Source: Octopus sinensis
Lineage: Eukaryota
Reading direction: 5' to 3'
Assembly: GCF_006345805.1 (NCBI RefSeq)
Contig: NC_043003.1
Span: 28,644,001-28,708,000, forward strand
DNA: 64,000 nucleotides
In this document: positions 27,673 to 39,330 of the stretch, one piece after another
Layout: each line of letters begins with the position of its first letter
Position numbering within the stretch: position 1 is the stretch's first letter
Made by a program: the position numbers and the translations under genes
Notes under the pieces: model-generated
Database searches by the model: none
Told to the model about the DNA's origin: nothing
What the model saw: only the letters and a program-made list of their open reading frames with translations

Positions 27673-27969
27673 TATGTGTGTGTGTATGCTGGCGCACGTA
27701 TGCGTGCAAGTGTGTGTATAAATTTCTATATATATACACATACATGTAAAATTAGTATACATTTAAACACAAAAAGAGGCGACCCTTAACAGGCAGCGTT
27801 ACATGATAGAAGTAGCAGTCATACATAAACACTCATACATACATACATACATACATACATACATACATACATACATACATACATACATACATACGTGCAT
27901 ACATACATACATATATGTATGTATGTAGTATTTATGTATGTATGTATGTATGTATGTATATATATATAG

Positions 27970-28024
<55 letters not shown>

Positions 28025-28787
28025 ATATATATACACACATACACGCACTCACACAGAGTATTTTGTCGTCAGCATGTCCTGTGTTTCCCGTTATAACCCT
28101 ATTTGTAGTAAGACGGGGCCCCGGTATTCAATGTTCCGTTGAATAAATTGTTGGTTCAATCGATCATAAAAGATCGTAATGTTTACATCCAACATCGTAT
28201 TTGGAGTTTTGTTTACGACATGGTCACTACACTAGAAATATTTGTGTATGTATATGTGTATGTGTGTCCGTCTGTGTTCTCTGTGTGAGTGTGTGAGTGT
28301 CTGTGTGCTTATGTGAGTATGCGTGTGTTAATGTTATGTGTATGTATGTAAGAATGTGCAAGTCTGTGTATGTAATTATGTAACTGCGTGTCTACGTGTG
28401 ATTCCTATATAAGTGTTTGAATAAGTATGTATGTATGTTTGTATGATTGAGCATGTGTGTATTTATGTACGTATGCATCTATGTGCGTATGTGTATACGC
28501 CTGCATATATTTATGTATGTATGTATGTATATATATATATACATATACATATATATATATATATATATATATGCAAGTACGTATGCATGTATACATACAT
28601 ACGTATATGCATATGTATATATATATATATATATATACACGTCTATGTATGCACGTTTTTTCAGTTTTATTTTTAAAATTTTCTCACAAATAGTGAGTCT
28701 GTTTCTAACCCAGAAACAAGTCTTTCATTGGAATTTAGACAATTCATCTATGTGAACGTGAGTGTGTGCATGCGTGCGTGTCTGTAT

Positions 28788-28841
<54 letters not shown>

Positions 28842-29439
28842 GCAAATATTAGATGTCACTGCACGTGTGGGTCTGTATGCTTTGATATTTACATGTTTGT
28901 CTGCAGTGCGCATGTACCTTTTAAAGGCGAACACTCTGGAATGTTCTACATATTCTCACAGTTCTGTTAATGGCTTATTATTGAAATTTTCTAATTAACT
29001 TTCTGTTTTGTTTTGGTTTCAGTGGAACCCAGTATTTGAAGTTTAGTGCCAAAGAAGTTGTCTGTACATGCGTCATTTTTCTATGAAAGAGAGAGCCTGG
29101 GCCCAACAAAAATAGAATAAAACCTGCGTCATTGGAACTTGAATAACAACAATGATAACTGTTACACGCTGAAATTTAGAAAAGCCCTGCATATCTTTAC
29201 TGTTCCGCTTAAATTTATATTATCTGCAAATTGCATGTTAACAAATTCTTGCATATGAAATGGTTACCTGGAAATCTTCGCTATTCCAGATTGTTACTTA
29301 TTCTGAAATTTTTAGTAGCGAGGCCCGCCTGACGATGAGCCATATCTCAAGCGGCACGCTTCTCGAAAAAGCAGAACAAAAGACAATAATGACAATAATG
29401 ATTGGTATAAATGTGATTTTAAATGTTCATTGGTTGATT

Positions 29440-29870
29440 GGCAAAACCATTATAGTGTTGAACAATATGCCTTGCAGTATTTCTTCTGATTCTTTACGTT
29501 CTGAGTTCAAAACTCGCCGAGGTCGTCTTTCTTTTCTTCCATCAGGGATAGATGAAATAAAGTACCAGCCTAGTTCGGGGTCGATAGTGTCAAATTTCCC
29601 CATTACTTTGAAATTTTTGGTCCTGCCCATGATCAGAAACCATTGTTAACAAGGGTGGTGGATTGGCGGAATCGTTAGCGTATCGGACAATATGCTTTAC
29701 GATATTAGAGCCGGCTCTTTACCTTCTGAGTTCAAATCAACTCCGAGGTGAAGTTTTGTCTTCTATATCTCACAATAAAGTAAAATAACAATCAAGTACT
29801 GGGGTCGATGGCATCGATTAAATGCCATTCTTCAAAATTGGTGACCATGTCCCAAAAGTAGAAACAATTT
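29440..29870 (+). mobile_element. Two diverged SINE family B copies
   Basis: TTCTGAGTTCAAA..CCGAGGT and AAGTAC(C/T) motifs twice. Confidence 0.7.
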
Positions 29871-29920
29871 AAAGCAATTATCATAAAGCAACTTTGGCAT
29901 GACGTTTTGAATAAACTGTT

Positions 29921-30160
29921 ATTCTTTTATTCTTTTATTTGTTTCAGTCATTTGACTGTGGCCATGCTGGAACACCGCCTTTAGTCGAGCAAATCGACTC
30001 CAAGACTTATTCCTTTGTAAGCCTAGTACTTATTCTATCGGTCTCTTTTGCCGAACCGCTAATTTACGGGATGTAAACATACCAGCATCAGTTGTCAAGC
30101 AATGTGTGTGTGTGTGAGGGGGGGGGGCAAACACAGACACACAAACATATACACACATAC
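29921..30160 (-). mobile_element. SINE family A 3' half (likely partner head at 32225-32372)
   Basis: Tail to internal microsatellite. Confidence 0.85.
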
Positions 30161-30182
30161 ATACATTCATATATATATATTC

Positions 30183-30213
<31 letters not shown>

Positions 30214-30345
30214 TACCGGAGTAAACACATAAATGTGAAACAAGGTGGAAAAAAGAGTACTCAAATACCAGGGGTAGAGTAATATGCTTTATTTAAAAGC
30301 AGCAGAAATTTTGTTGAATTTCTGCTGCTTTTAAATAAAGTATAT
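30214..30345. repeat. Short element ending in a near-perfect 29-bp foldback
   Basis: 30282-30310 pairs with 30317-30345; 6-nt loop. Confidence 0.8.
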
Positions 30346-30510
30346 ATAACACAAAGTATGGGGATTTAGTTCACTGGTGATCTAAACGATTAGGTACGCT
30401 AGGTAAGTGTTGTAACGGATTACTAGGACTCCAAGATTATAGCCGAGACAGTAGTTATGGGGCTATTGCAAATTTCCAACTGACCTCTTTAACAATTATA
30501 TATATATATA

Positions 30511-32188
30511 TACATCGATATAAAGGAAGACGATGTAACCAAGGCTATAGATGAAATGAAAACAGACTCAGCTACTGGCCCCGATGGATTCCCGGCAATC
30601 CTCCTAAAAGCATGTAAGAGAGTCCTAGCAAGACCACTGCAGTTCCTCTTTCAGAGCTTCCTTGCAGCTGGCAAACTTCCAGGAAAACTGAAGGAAGGTA
30701 AAATTGCCCCATTCATAAAGGAGGTAGCAGAGCGGAAGCCAAGAACTATAGACCTATCTCTCTGACCTCACACATCAGCAAGGTCATGGAACGAATAGTC
30801 AGAAGGAAGCTGATCACCTTCCTTGAAGAGAATGCTTGCTGCCCGACACCCAACATGGTTTCCGACCAGGGAGAAGCTGTTTAACTCAGCTCCTACAACA
30901 CTATGACTGGGTGCTGAAACTGCTCAACCACTCAAATGTGGAAGTGATATATCTCGACTTTGCAAAGGCCTTTGATAAAGTCGATCATGGAATGATTGTC
31001 ACAAACTGCGTGATCTCAACATAGTTGGAAAACTGGGAGAATGGCTTCATGACTTTCTGAAGGATAGAAGTCAGGTGGTAGTAGCCAATGGGGCCACCTC
31101 CATTAACACACAATAGTGAGCGGTGTTCGCAGGGCACTGTTCTGGGACCACTACTGTTCATAATGGCCCTCTCAGACATGCCCTCAGCCACGCAGAGAGC
31201 CACGATCACAAGTTATGCAGATGATACAAAAGTTTCACAGGCAATACAGAACCCTGAGGACACTACACCTGCAATGTGAGCTGGACGAAATATACAAGTG
31301 GGCTGAAAAGAATAGCATGCAGTCAATGCTGGAAAGTTTCAAGCTTTATACTATCAGCATGCAAACTGAATGCAATACCCAATGAATACACTGGACCCGG
31401 AGGGATTGCAATCCCAGAGGCACAATCAGTGCGTGACCTGGGTATTTACATGAGTGATGACGCGACCTTTCATGTACATGTTGCTAAACTGACAATGAAA
31501 TGTAGACGGCTGGCTGGATGGATTCTTAGAACCTTTAGAACAAGAGAACAAGAAACCATGATGGTCCTCTGGAAGACACTTGTCCTAAGCCACTTTGACT
31601 ATTGCTCTCAGCTATGGTCACCATCCAGTGTCAGTTGATCACAGAACTTGAGGCGATCCAACGAAGCTACACAAAGAAGATAGCCTCTATGCAGAATGTA
31701 AGCTACTGGGAAAGACTCAAGAGATTAAAATTATATTCCCTGGAGCGTAGGCGGGAAAGATATGCCATAATATACATCTGGAAGATCCTGGAGGGAAGTG
31801 TCCTGAACTTTGGCATCGAGAGTTACGCAAATGCCAGAACTGGGCGTCACTGCGTGGTGCTTAGGACTCCAAACCTGCCATCAAGATGTAGGACAAGATT
31901 CTGTGATAGCCTGGGCTTCCGAGGCCCACAGCTCTTCAATATCCTCCCGAAGAACCTGAGAGACCTGCATGGGGTGGATACAGATGTCTTTAAAATGAAG
32001 CTGGATCTCTTCCTGTCAGGTGTCCCAGATGAACCAACTTCACGGCAGGAGGGGCAGATGAGGGCAGCTGCATCGAACTCTCTCATGCACCAAATAGCAG
32101 TTGCCAGAAAGCCTCCATGAAGTGAAACCAAGTAGCAACGCCAAATGGCGGTGCCCCAGCATGGCCACAGCTCATGAGCTGAAACTAG

Positions 32189-32220
<32 letters not shown>
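30511..32220 (+). mobile_element. Young 5'-truncated CR1-group LINE: RT domain, C-terminus, 3' UTR, (AATC)n tail
   Basis: SATGPDG, YRPISLTSHISKVMERIV, QHGFRPGRSCLTQLL, YLDFAKAFDKVDH, QGTVLGPLLF, YADDTK, LERRRERY; stop at 32120; several single-base frameshifts. Confidence 0.92.
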
Positions 32221-32222
<2 letters not shown>

Positions 32223-32224
32223 AT

Positions 32225-32372
32225 GTATATATACGACGGGCTTCTTTAAGTTCCCGTCTACCAAATCCCCTCACAAAGCTTTGGTCGGTCCGAAGCTACA
32301 GTAGAAAACACTTGTCCAAGATGCCATGCAGTGGGACTGAACTCGGAACCATGTGGCTGGTAAACCTGCGCC
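32225..32372 (-). mobile_element. SINE family A 5' half
   Basis: ACGACGGGCTTCTTT...GTGGGACTGAAC. Confidence 0.8.
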
Positions 32373-32599
32373 TGTTAGTGAAAACCTAAAGTTCCGGTCA
32401 AAAGGATCCTCTATATCAGCATTTTTGGGTTATGGCTTTTTGGTTTCTATTTTATATCACTGGATTCTCAAAGACATTCGATATTTTAAGAAGTCCTATT
32501 GTATTTTCATAATCAAAAATTGTTAGGAATTCTATATAAAATTGCTAAAAATATGTTGTGTATTGTAGAAGCAGAGGTAACTTATAACGCATAAATTTT

Positions 32600-32659
32600 A
32601 ACTCCAAAATCTTATGTGAACCCCAAGGTTCACATAAGGACTCCGGTTGAGAACCCCTG
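32600..32659. mobile_element. hAT/Charlie-type TIR end
   Basis: 32645-32659 reverse complement CAGGGGTTCTCAACC; partner TIR not found. Confidence 0.45.
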
Positions 32660-32939
32660 CTCTACATAATGATTGTCAGTATAATATTGGTTGCTTGGTT
32701 GCTTGCTTTTTTTTTGCTTGATTTCTCAGTCACACTTTACGTGGTTTAGAGAGTACGTGAGAGAGAGAGAGAGGGGGGGGGAGAATAAAAAGAGACAAAG
32801 AGAGAGAAAAAACATTCGAGGTGCTGGAGGAGTGTCTTACAACTTCTTAAAAAAAAAATTTTTGAAATTTTGCAGAAATATTTTTCGATTGATTACAATG
32901 ATAAAGTGTAGAAAATTAATGTTATAAATTTTCACACGA

Positions 32940-33130
32940 CGCCAGCAATTACGAGGGAAGGATAAGTCGGTCAGATCAACTCTAATGTTCAACTGGTATT
33001 TATTTTATCGACCCCAAACGGATGAAAGGTAAAGTCGACCTCGGTGGAATTTGAACTCAGAGCATAAAGACGGACGAAATGTCGCTGCGCATTTTGACCG
33101 GTGTGTTAACGATTCTGCCAGCTTGCCTCG
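32940..33130 (-). mobile_element. SINE family B
   Basis: GATGAAAGGTAAAGTCGACCTCGG..GAATTTGAACTCAG. Confidence 0.8.
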
Positions 33131-34438
33131 TTAAAGCGTTGAAAAGTAACAACGTATATTTATTGCAAATGTACAAATGAGAAAATTGTTTTACTTAATT
33201 TTGTTTTTAAGATACAAAACATTTTGAAAGCTGGTATTGGTTTCTGCAGGAAATGCCCCCCTATTGACACAGACCCAGCCAAAATTTATTTATAGCTTCA
33301 TATCCCCTTCCCGAAGGAGAATAATATTTTAAAAATAGAAGTATCCTTCGGCTTTTCCATCCGACATATTTTCTTTATGTAAGCACCCCCGCTAACTGCA
33401 CCACCACCACCACCACATTATCATCATCATCATCATCATCACCGCCATCATCATCATCAGCCTACTTCTCATTACCACACCTACCACCACCACACTTACA
33501 TATACGTCATCACCTCTACTATCCCACCCCCGCAACCAGTACTATCACAACCCCATTACCACCTCCACATTTATCAATACGACCACATACCACTACCACC
33601 ACCACCACCACCACCTATAATCACAAACCATCACCACTATAATCTCCCCACATCCTTCACCACAACGCACCACTGCCACAACCACCACCAACACGACACA
33701 CCTTATATAAACACATTTTATAAGCTAAAAATTTGCTAAAAATTATATTATAATTAGTGTTACGTTTATGAATTTGTGTTGCAAAATTCCTGACGTAAAA
33801 CCTTGTGTTTAAACAAATATTGTCATATTTCGGGGCAATCATGCTATTTTTTTGTCAAATAAACACACGCATTATATATTTGTCACTTGTTTATTAGTTC
33901 TTATTTTATCTTATGTCCAGTGTCCGGAAGTCTTTCTTCACACATCTGTGACCTCTTCAGCGATCCTTTCGTTCCACGTGTATCATCCTATTCCGCTTAC
34001 TCCATTCTTATAATCATTGTATCTTTTATGTCTTATCTTTCGCTTGTTTCAGTCATTAGACTGCTACCATGCTGGAGCACCTCCTTCAAAGATTTTAGTC
34101 GAAAGAATCGACCGTAGTGTTTATGTTTTTGAAGCCTGGTGTTTATTTTATCGGCCTCATTTTTACTAACCGCTAAATTATGGGGGCGTAAAAATACCAA
34201 CACCGGTTATTAAGTGGCGGTAGGGGTTAAACACAGACACAAAGACACATACAGTGGATTTGGAAGACGGAAAACTGAAAGAAACCCTTTGTGTGTGTGT
34301 GTATATATATACACACAAAACACACACACGCACATATGTATGTAATCAATGATAAAATCTTTATAAGATTTTATCATGTAGCCAGCATGTAATGAACCAT
34401 ATAGGTAATAATTAATACAAGTATATATAATTAATTAT

Positions 34439-34750
34439 GTGGAGGCGCAATGGCCCAGTGGTTAGGGCAGCGGACTTGCGGTTGTAGGATCACGGTTTCG
34501 ATTCCTAGACCGGGCGTTGTGAGTGTTTATTGAATGAAAGCACCTAAAGCTCCACGAGGCTCCGGCAGGGGGTCGTGGCGATCCCTGCCGTACTCTTTCG
34601 CCACAACTTTCTTTCACTTCTTCTTCTGTTGACCTGCTCGCTTAGCCAGTGGGGTGACAAAATTTAAGACTGAAACAATGCGAAGCGCATTGTGACCAGC
34701 AATGTGTAGCAACATCTGATAGCCTGGTCGGTCACGGTGATCACGGTGAT
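34439..34750 (+). mobile_element. SINE family C, tail variant 2
   Basis: Same head and body as 2474-2861; tail ends GGTCACGGTGATCACGGTGAT. Confidence 0.85.
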
Positions 34751-35027
34751 ATATAATTATATTTATATAACTATATATGCAGTAGGACCTAGCAGACAAA
34801 AATTCGCACGAAAAGTTAGGAAGCTATTCTCTTTCTCATTGATTTTAGAAGAAGCGTTCTCGTCAGCAGGGCAGCCGGCCCTCGTGACAATGCATGTCTT
34901 TTCTGCTCAGCCTCAAACAACTCTCAAACCTAATATGCTTGCACTTGGCAGAGGTTTTGATAGGAATGTTCCGCCTGTAATCTTAGTATTGATAAGTGTA
35001 CTTGCATATCTTTTCTCACTGTTTGTG

Positions 35028-35073
<46 letters not shown>

Positions 35074-35281
35074 ATGCGCACGCGGAAGTGATTTCTTTTA
35101 TGTTTTTCCTGTTGCTTTTGTTGCTACTATTTATAATCTTAGGTCAACAATAATCAGTAAGCCTAAAATCGAATACGTTTCGTGATACCCTCGTGTTATT
35201 TTCATACACAGTGTTTATGTATATATATGCATATAAGCATGTATATGTATATATATGTATATACATATATATGCATTTATA

Positions 35282-35317
<36 letters not shown>

Positions 35318-35344
35318 TATATACATGTATATATGTTTCAAAAT

Positions 35345-35547
35345 GTGACCTCGTGTGTACCGTTGATGATTTTTTTTCCTCTGTCTTCCCTTCTCTGGAT
35401 CTTTCCTTCTCCTATGTTTCCGACGAAGAGCTCCGCTCGAAACGTTAAACCCTCCATCTTTCCTTTTTTCCTGAGCGTCCAATAATACTATATTTGTTCC
35501 ACGTCCTCGCGTTGTTGTGTTTTTTTTTGTGCTTTCTTGTTTGGATT

Positions 35548-35555
<8 letters not shown>
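35345..35555 (+). mobile_element. Short element with minimal hammerhead variant, in (TA)n
   Basis: 35416-35450: GTTT-CCGACGA-a-GAGC tcc GCTC-GAAAC-GTT-AAAC; closely similar to 61305-61512. Confidence 0.7.
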
Positions 35556-35584
<29 letters not shown>

Positions 35585-35802
35585 TGTGGGTGTATGTTTG
35601 TGTGTGTGTCTCCACAACATCGCTTGACAACCGATGCTGGTGTGTTTACGTCTCCGTAAATTAGCGGTTCGGCAAAAGAGACCGATAGAACAAGTACTAG
35701 GCTTACAAAGAATAAGTCCTGGGGTCGGTTTGCTCGACTAAAGGCGGTGCTCCAGCATAGCTGCAGTCAAAATGACTGAAACAAGTAAAAGAGTAAAAGA
35801 GT
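35585..35802 (+). mobile_element. SINE family A 3' half, followed by (GATA)n
   Basis: Consensus tail. Confidence 0.85.
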
Positions 35803-35804
35803 AT

Positions 35805-35872
<68 letters not shown>

Positions 35873-36046
35873 GACTACATTATTTAATCTGTACCGCTGG
35901 TAGATTTTAGGGAGATTTAGCTGCTATTACTAGCTACTCGAGCAAATACTTAATGCCCTCGTATTTTTGGGGGGTGGGGGACGATTTTATTGATTTTATT
36001 CCTAGTTTTGTTGTGGTTGATATTGTTGCATTCTTACAAGTACGTA

Positions 36047-36118
<72 letters not shown>

Positions 36119-36344
36119 TGTGTGTATTTTGCGGAGTAATCCCAGAATTTAGGTAGATGAACACCAAGTTCGATAAATGAGGGAGACGTAGACAGCTTAC
36201 ATTTCTGCAGGAAATACCAACCCCAAACACCTATTGACACAGACGCAGGCAAAATTTATTTATAACTTCGTATCCCCTTCCCTAGGGAGAATAATGTTTT
36301 AAAAATAGAAACATCCTTCCGCCTTTACTGCAACATATTTTTCA

Positions 36345-37270
36345 CAACCATCATCATCATCGTCGTCGTCGTTGTTGTCATCATCATCATCGTCATCATC
36401 AACACCTCCACCACCATGCACCACCAATGCCACTACCACCACACTTATATACACGTCATCACCAATACTGTCGCATCCCCACAACCACTAATATACCACT
36501 ATTACCAGCACTACATTTATCTACACGACAATATACCACATACCGCCACCACCTTCAACGTCATCATCACTGTCACCATTATTACCATCATCACCACCAT
36601 TATCATCGCCACCATCACCATCATTATCATCACCACTACCCTGACTCCTTCGCACTCACCACCACTCTTATTACTATCATATCACATTTACCACCGCCAC
36701 AGCCATCAACACCCACACAGACTACTACCACCACCAACATCCCACCCCACCATACCATCAGCACTACAATCACCACAACCAGCCACACACACCCGCTACC
36801 ACACCCCCACTTCCATCCCTACAACCAACACAACTCACACACTTATCCACCCCCATCACTACCATACACACCACCAGTCCACACACATATACCACCACCA
36901 CCACTACCACCAGCATTCCACCCCACCATACCATCAGCACTACGATCACCACAACCAGCCACACACACCCGCTACCACACCCCCACTTCCATCCCCACAA
37001 CCAACACAACCACCCCCATCACTACCATACACACCACCACTCACACACACACACATATACCACCACCACCACTACCACCAGCATTCCACCCCACCATACC
37101 ATCAGCACTACGATCATCGCAATAAGCCACACACACACACCCGCTACCACACCACCACTGCCATCCGCACAACCAACACAACTCACACACTTAACCACCC
37201 CCATCACTACCATATACACCACATACACACACACCACCACTGCTACCACCACCACCACCACTACCACGAG
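36345..37270. repeat. CAC/CAT low-complexity tract with three ~170-bp tandem units
   Basis: CCACCCCACCATACCATCAGCACTAC at 36742, 36918 and 37086. Confidence 0.85.
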
Positions 37271-37677
37271 CAGTACCATTTCCTGTAATCGTACGGATTT
37301 AGATTTCATATGTTCTTATAATCAGCATCAGCATAAGCAGCAGCCCCCACCAAGACTCACCCCCACCCATTGTTTAACCTTTCATTGTTTATTTTCTGTC
37401 GCACTTCGAGCCCTTATGGCTAAAAATGCTTAGCGGTATGTCTTCCGGCTCTTTACGTTCTCAGTTGAAATTAAGCCGACTGCAACCTTGCCTTTTAATT
37501 TTCCTTCCTGGGTCGATAACTACAGTATCAATCAAGTACATAACACAATAGTACTTGATAGCCCCTTCCTTCAAAACCGTCGGCCTTGCGCCCAAGTTAG
37601 AGACAATGATAGTCATTAATGGTCACACATTCGTGTAGTGTCCGAGAATTATTAACTTGTGGAGTTATGTCGAACAG

Positions 37678-37775
37678 CTTCTTCTTCTTCTTCTTCTTCT
37701 TCTTCTTCTTCTTCTTCTTCTTCTTCTTCTTCTTCTTCTTCTTCTTCTTCTTCTTCTTCTTCTTCTTCTTCTTCC
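37678..37775. repeat. (CTT)n
   Basis: Perfect run. Confidence 0.97.
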
Positions 37776-37844
37776 AATCAGCACTCATGCCATTAGCCAC
37801 AAAGAATAATCTCTAATTGGAGCCTACTCTAAGCTGTTAAGAAT

Positions 37845-38254
37845 GCGTGTGGCAACTTGAAGATCCACGCACCACACGTGATAGGCTGGCGGTTGCACGG
37901 GCACAAAAGCTACGTTGTTATCCTCATTCCGTAAACGGTGGCTTTTTTAACGGGGGTAGAACTGAACCATCCTGGGGTATAGAGGTTTCGCAATCTAGAC
38001 TATGGTCTGAATGTTTACCACACTATAGTGGGTTACACCATAGTTCATCTGCTAGGTGGCAGAAGTAGGAAGAAAGAGTGAGAGAAAGTTGTGGTGAAAG
38101 AGTACAGCGGGGTTCACCACCATTCCCCGCCGGAGTTCATGGAGCTTAAGTGTTTTTGCTCTATATACACTCACAATGCCCGGTTTGGGAATTGAAACCG
38201 CGTTCTTACGCCCGTGAGTCCGCTGCCCTAACCACTGGGCCATTGCGCCTCCAC
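37845..38254 (-). mobile_element. SINE family C, tail variant 3
   Basis: Head and body 38065-38254 match family C; the sequence to the left is unrelated to tails 1 and 2 (left boundary uncertain). Confidence 0.75.
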
Positions 38255-38599
38255 ACAGTTGTTGCTGCGTGTTGAACGAAATCGACTATCCGCCGAGTCC
38301 ATCGTGATGGTCGCCACACCACAACCGTTAACAAGGCGGGGAAGGTAGTGTTCTCTATAATGGTTATTCCAAAAGAGGATTAGTGGTGGGCGAATCTGAA
38401 AGGACAGAGAATACACACCATCCTCATCAGTCACGCTCTCATCGATTATTTAAGTTCCACTTGCGGCGGAAACTGTGGGCGGAGAGGGAAAAGCTCTCTC
38501 CTAGTGAACTTATCAAAAAGTGGTTGACTGTGACAGAATGGTGAAGCTGAATGGAACTACTCTAAGCATGTGTCTGTAGATTTGAGAACAACACCTGAG

Positions 38600-39000
38600 T
38601 AGCATTTCTTCTGTTTTTACATTCTGAATTTCAAATACCTTTGAGGTCAACTTTGCCTTTCATCTTTTCTGTGTCTATAAAACAAGTACCAGTGGGGCGC
38701 TGGGGTCAATGCAATCAACTAACACCCTTTCCTATAAGGTGCCAGGCTTTGTGCCTATAGTATGATAGAAAGAGTTAATACTATTATTTGTCGTCGTCGC
38801 ATTAAGGCGGCGAGCTGGTAGAACCGTTGGCACGCCGGGCGAAATGCTTAGCGGCATTTCGTCCGTCTTTACGTTCTGTGATCGGCTTTGATTTTAATCC
38901 TTTCGGGGACGAGAAAATAAGTATCAGTTGAACACTAGGGTTGATGTAATCGACTTACCCTCACCCCAGAAATTGCTGGCCTTGTGCCTATAATAGAAAG
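38600..39000 (+). mobile_element. Two SINE family B copies
   Basis: Family B motifs at about 38620-38760 and 38803-39000. Confidence 0.75.
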
Positions 39001-39002
39001 TG

Positions 39003-39261
39003 TTATTATTTTTAAAATTTTCAACTCAGATTCAGTTAGAACTCCTGAAGTCTTGCATGTGTAGTGGGTTTGCTACCTGCAGCCTGCGGTACCATGCTAT
39101 CCGTTCTTTTTTCAACTTACTAATACTTTCCTGTTTATTCTGGCCGTGCTAAGGAGGCAAACCTTTTATAACAGTTCTGTTGGGCACTCTATTCCGATTT
39201 CCTTTATATTCCTCTTCATGTCTTCTGATACTGTCCCCAAGGACCCACCAATAACTGGCAC

Positions 39262-39265
<4 letters not shown>
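39003..39265 (-). mobile_element. 3' end of an R4/Dong-like REL-endonuclease non-LTR retrotransposon
   Basis: IVPVIGGSLGTVSEDMKRNIKEIGIECPTELL*KVCLLSTARINRKVL followed by 3' UTR; TAA repeats on both sides. Confidence 0.75.

Positions 39266-39330
<65 letters not shown>

Noticed and set aside
34439-34520. Genuine tRNA gene
   Set aside because: The tRNA-like head continues into a SINE body shared with other copies, and no T-run terminator follows it.
36416-37288. 290-aa His/Pro/Thr-rich ORF
   Set aside because: C/A-rich low-complexity DNA lacks stops by composition; no supporting gene structure.
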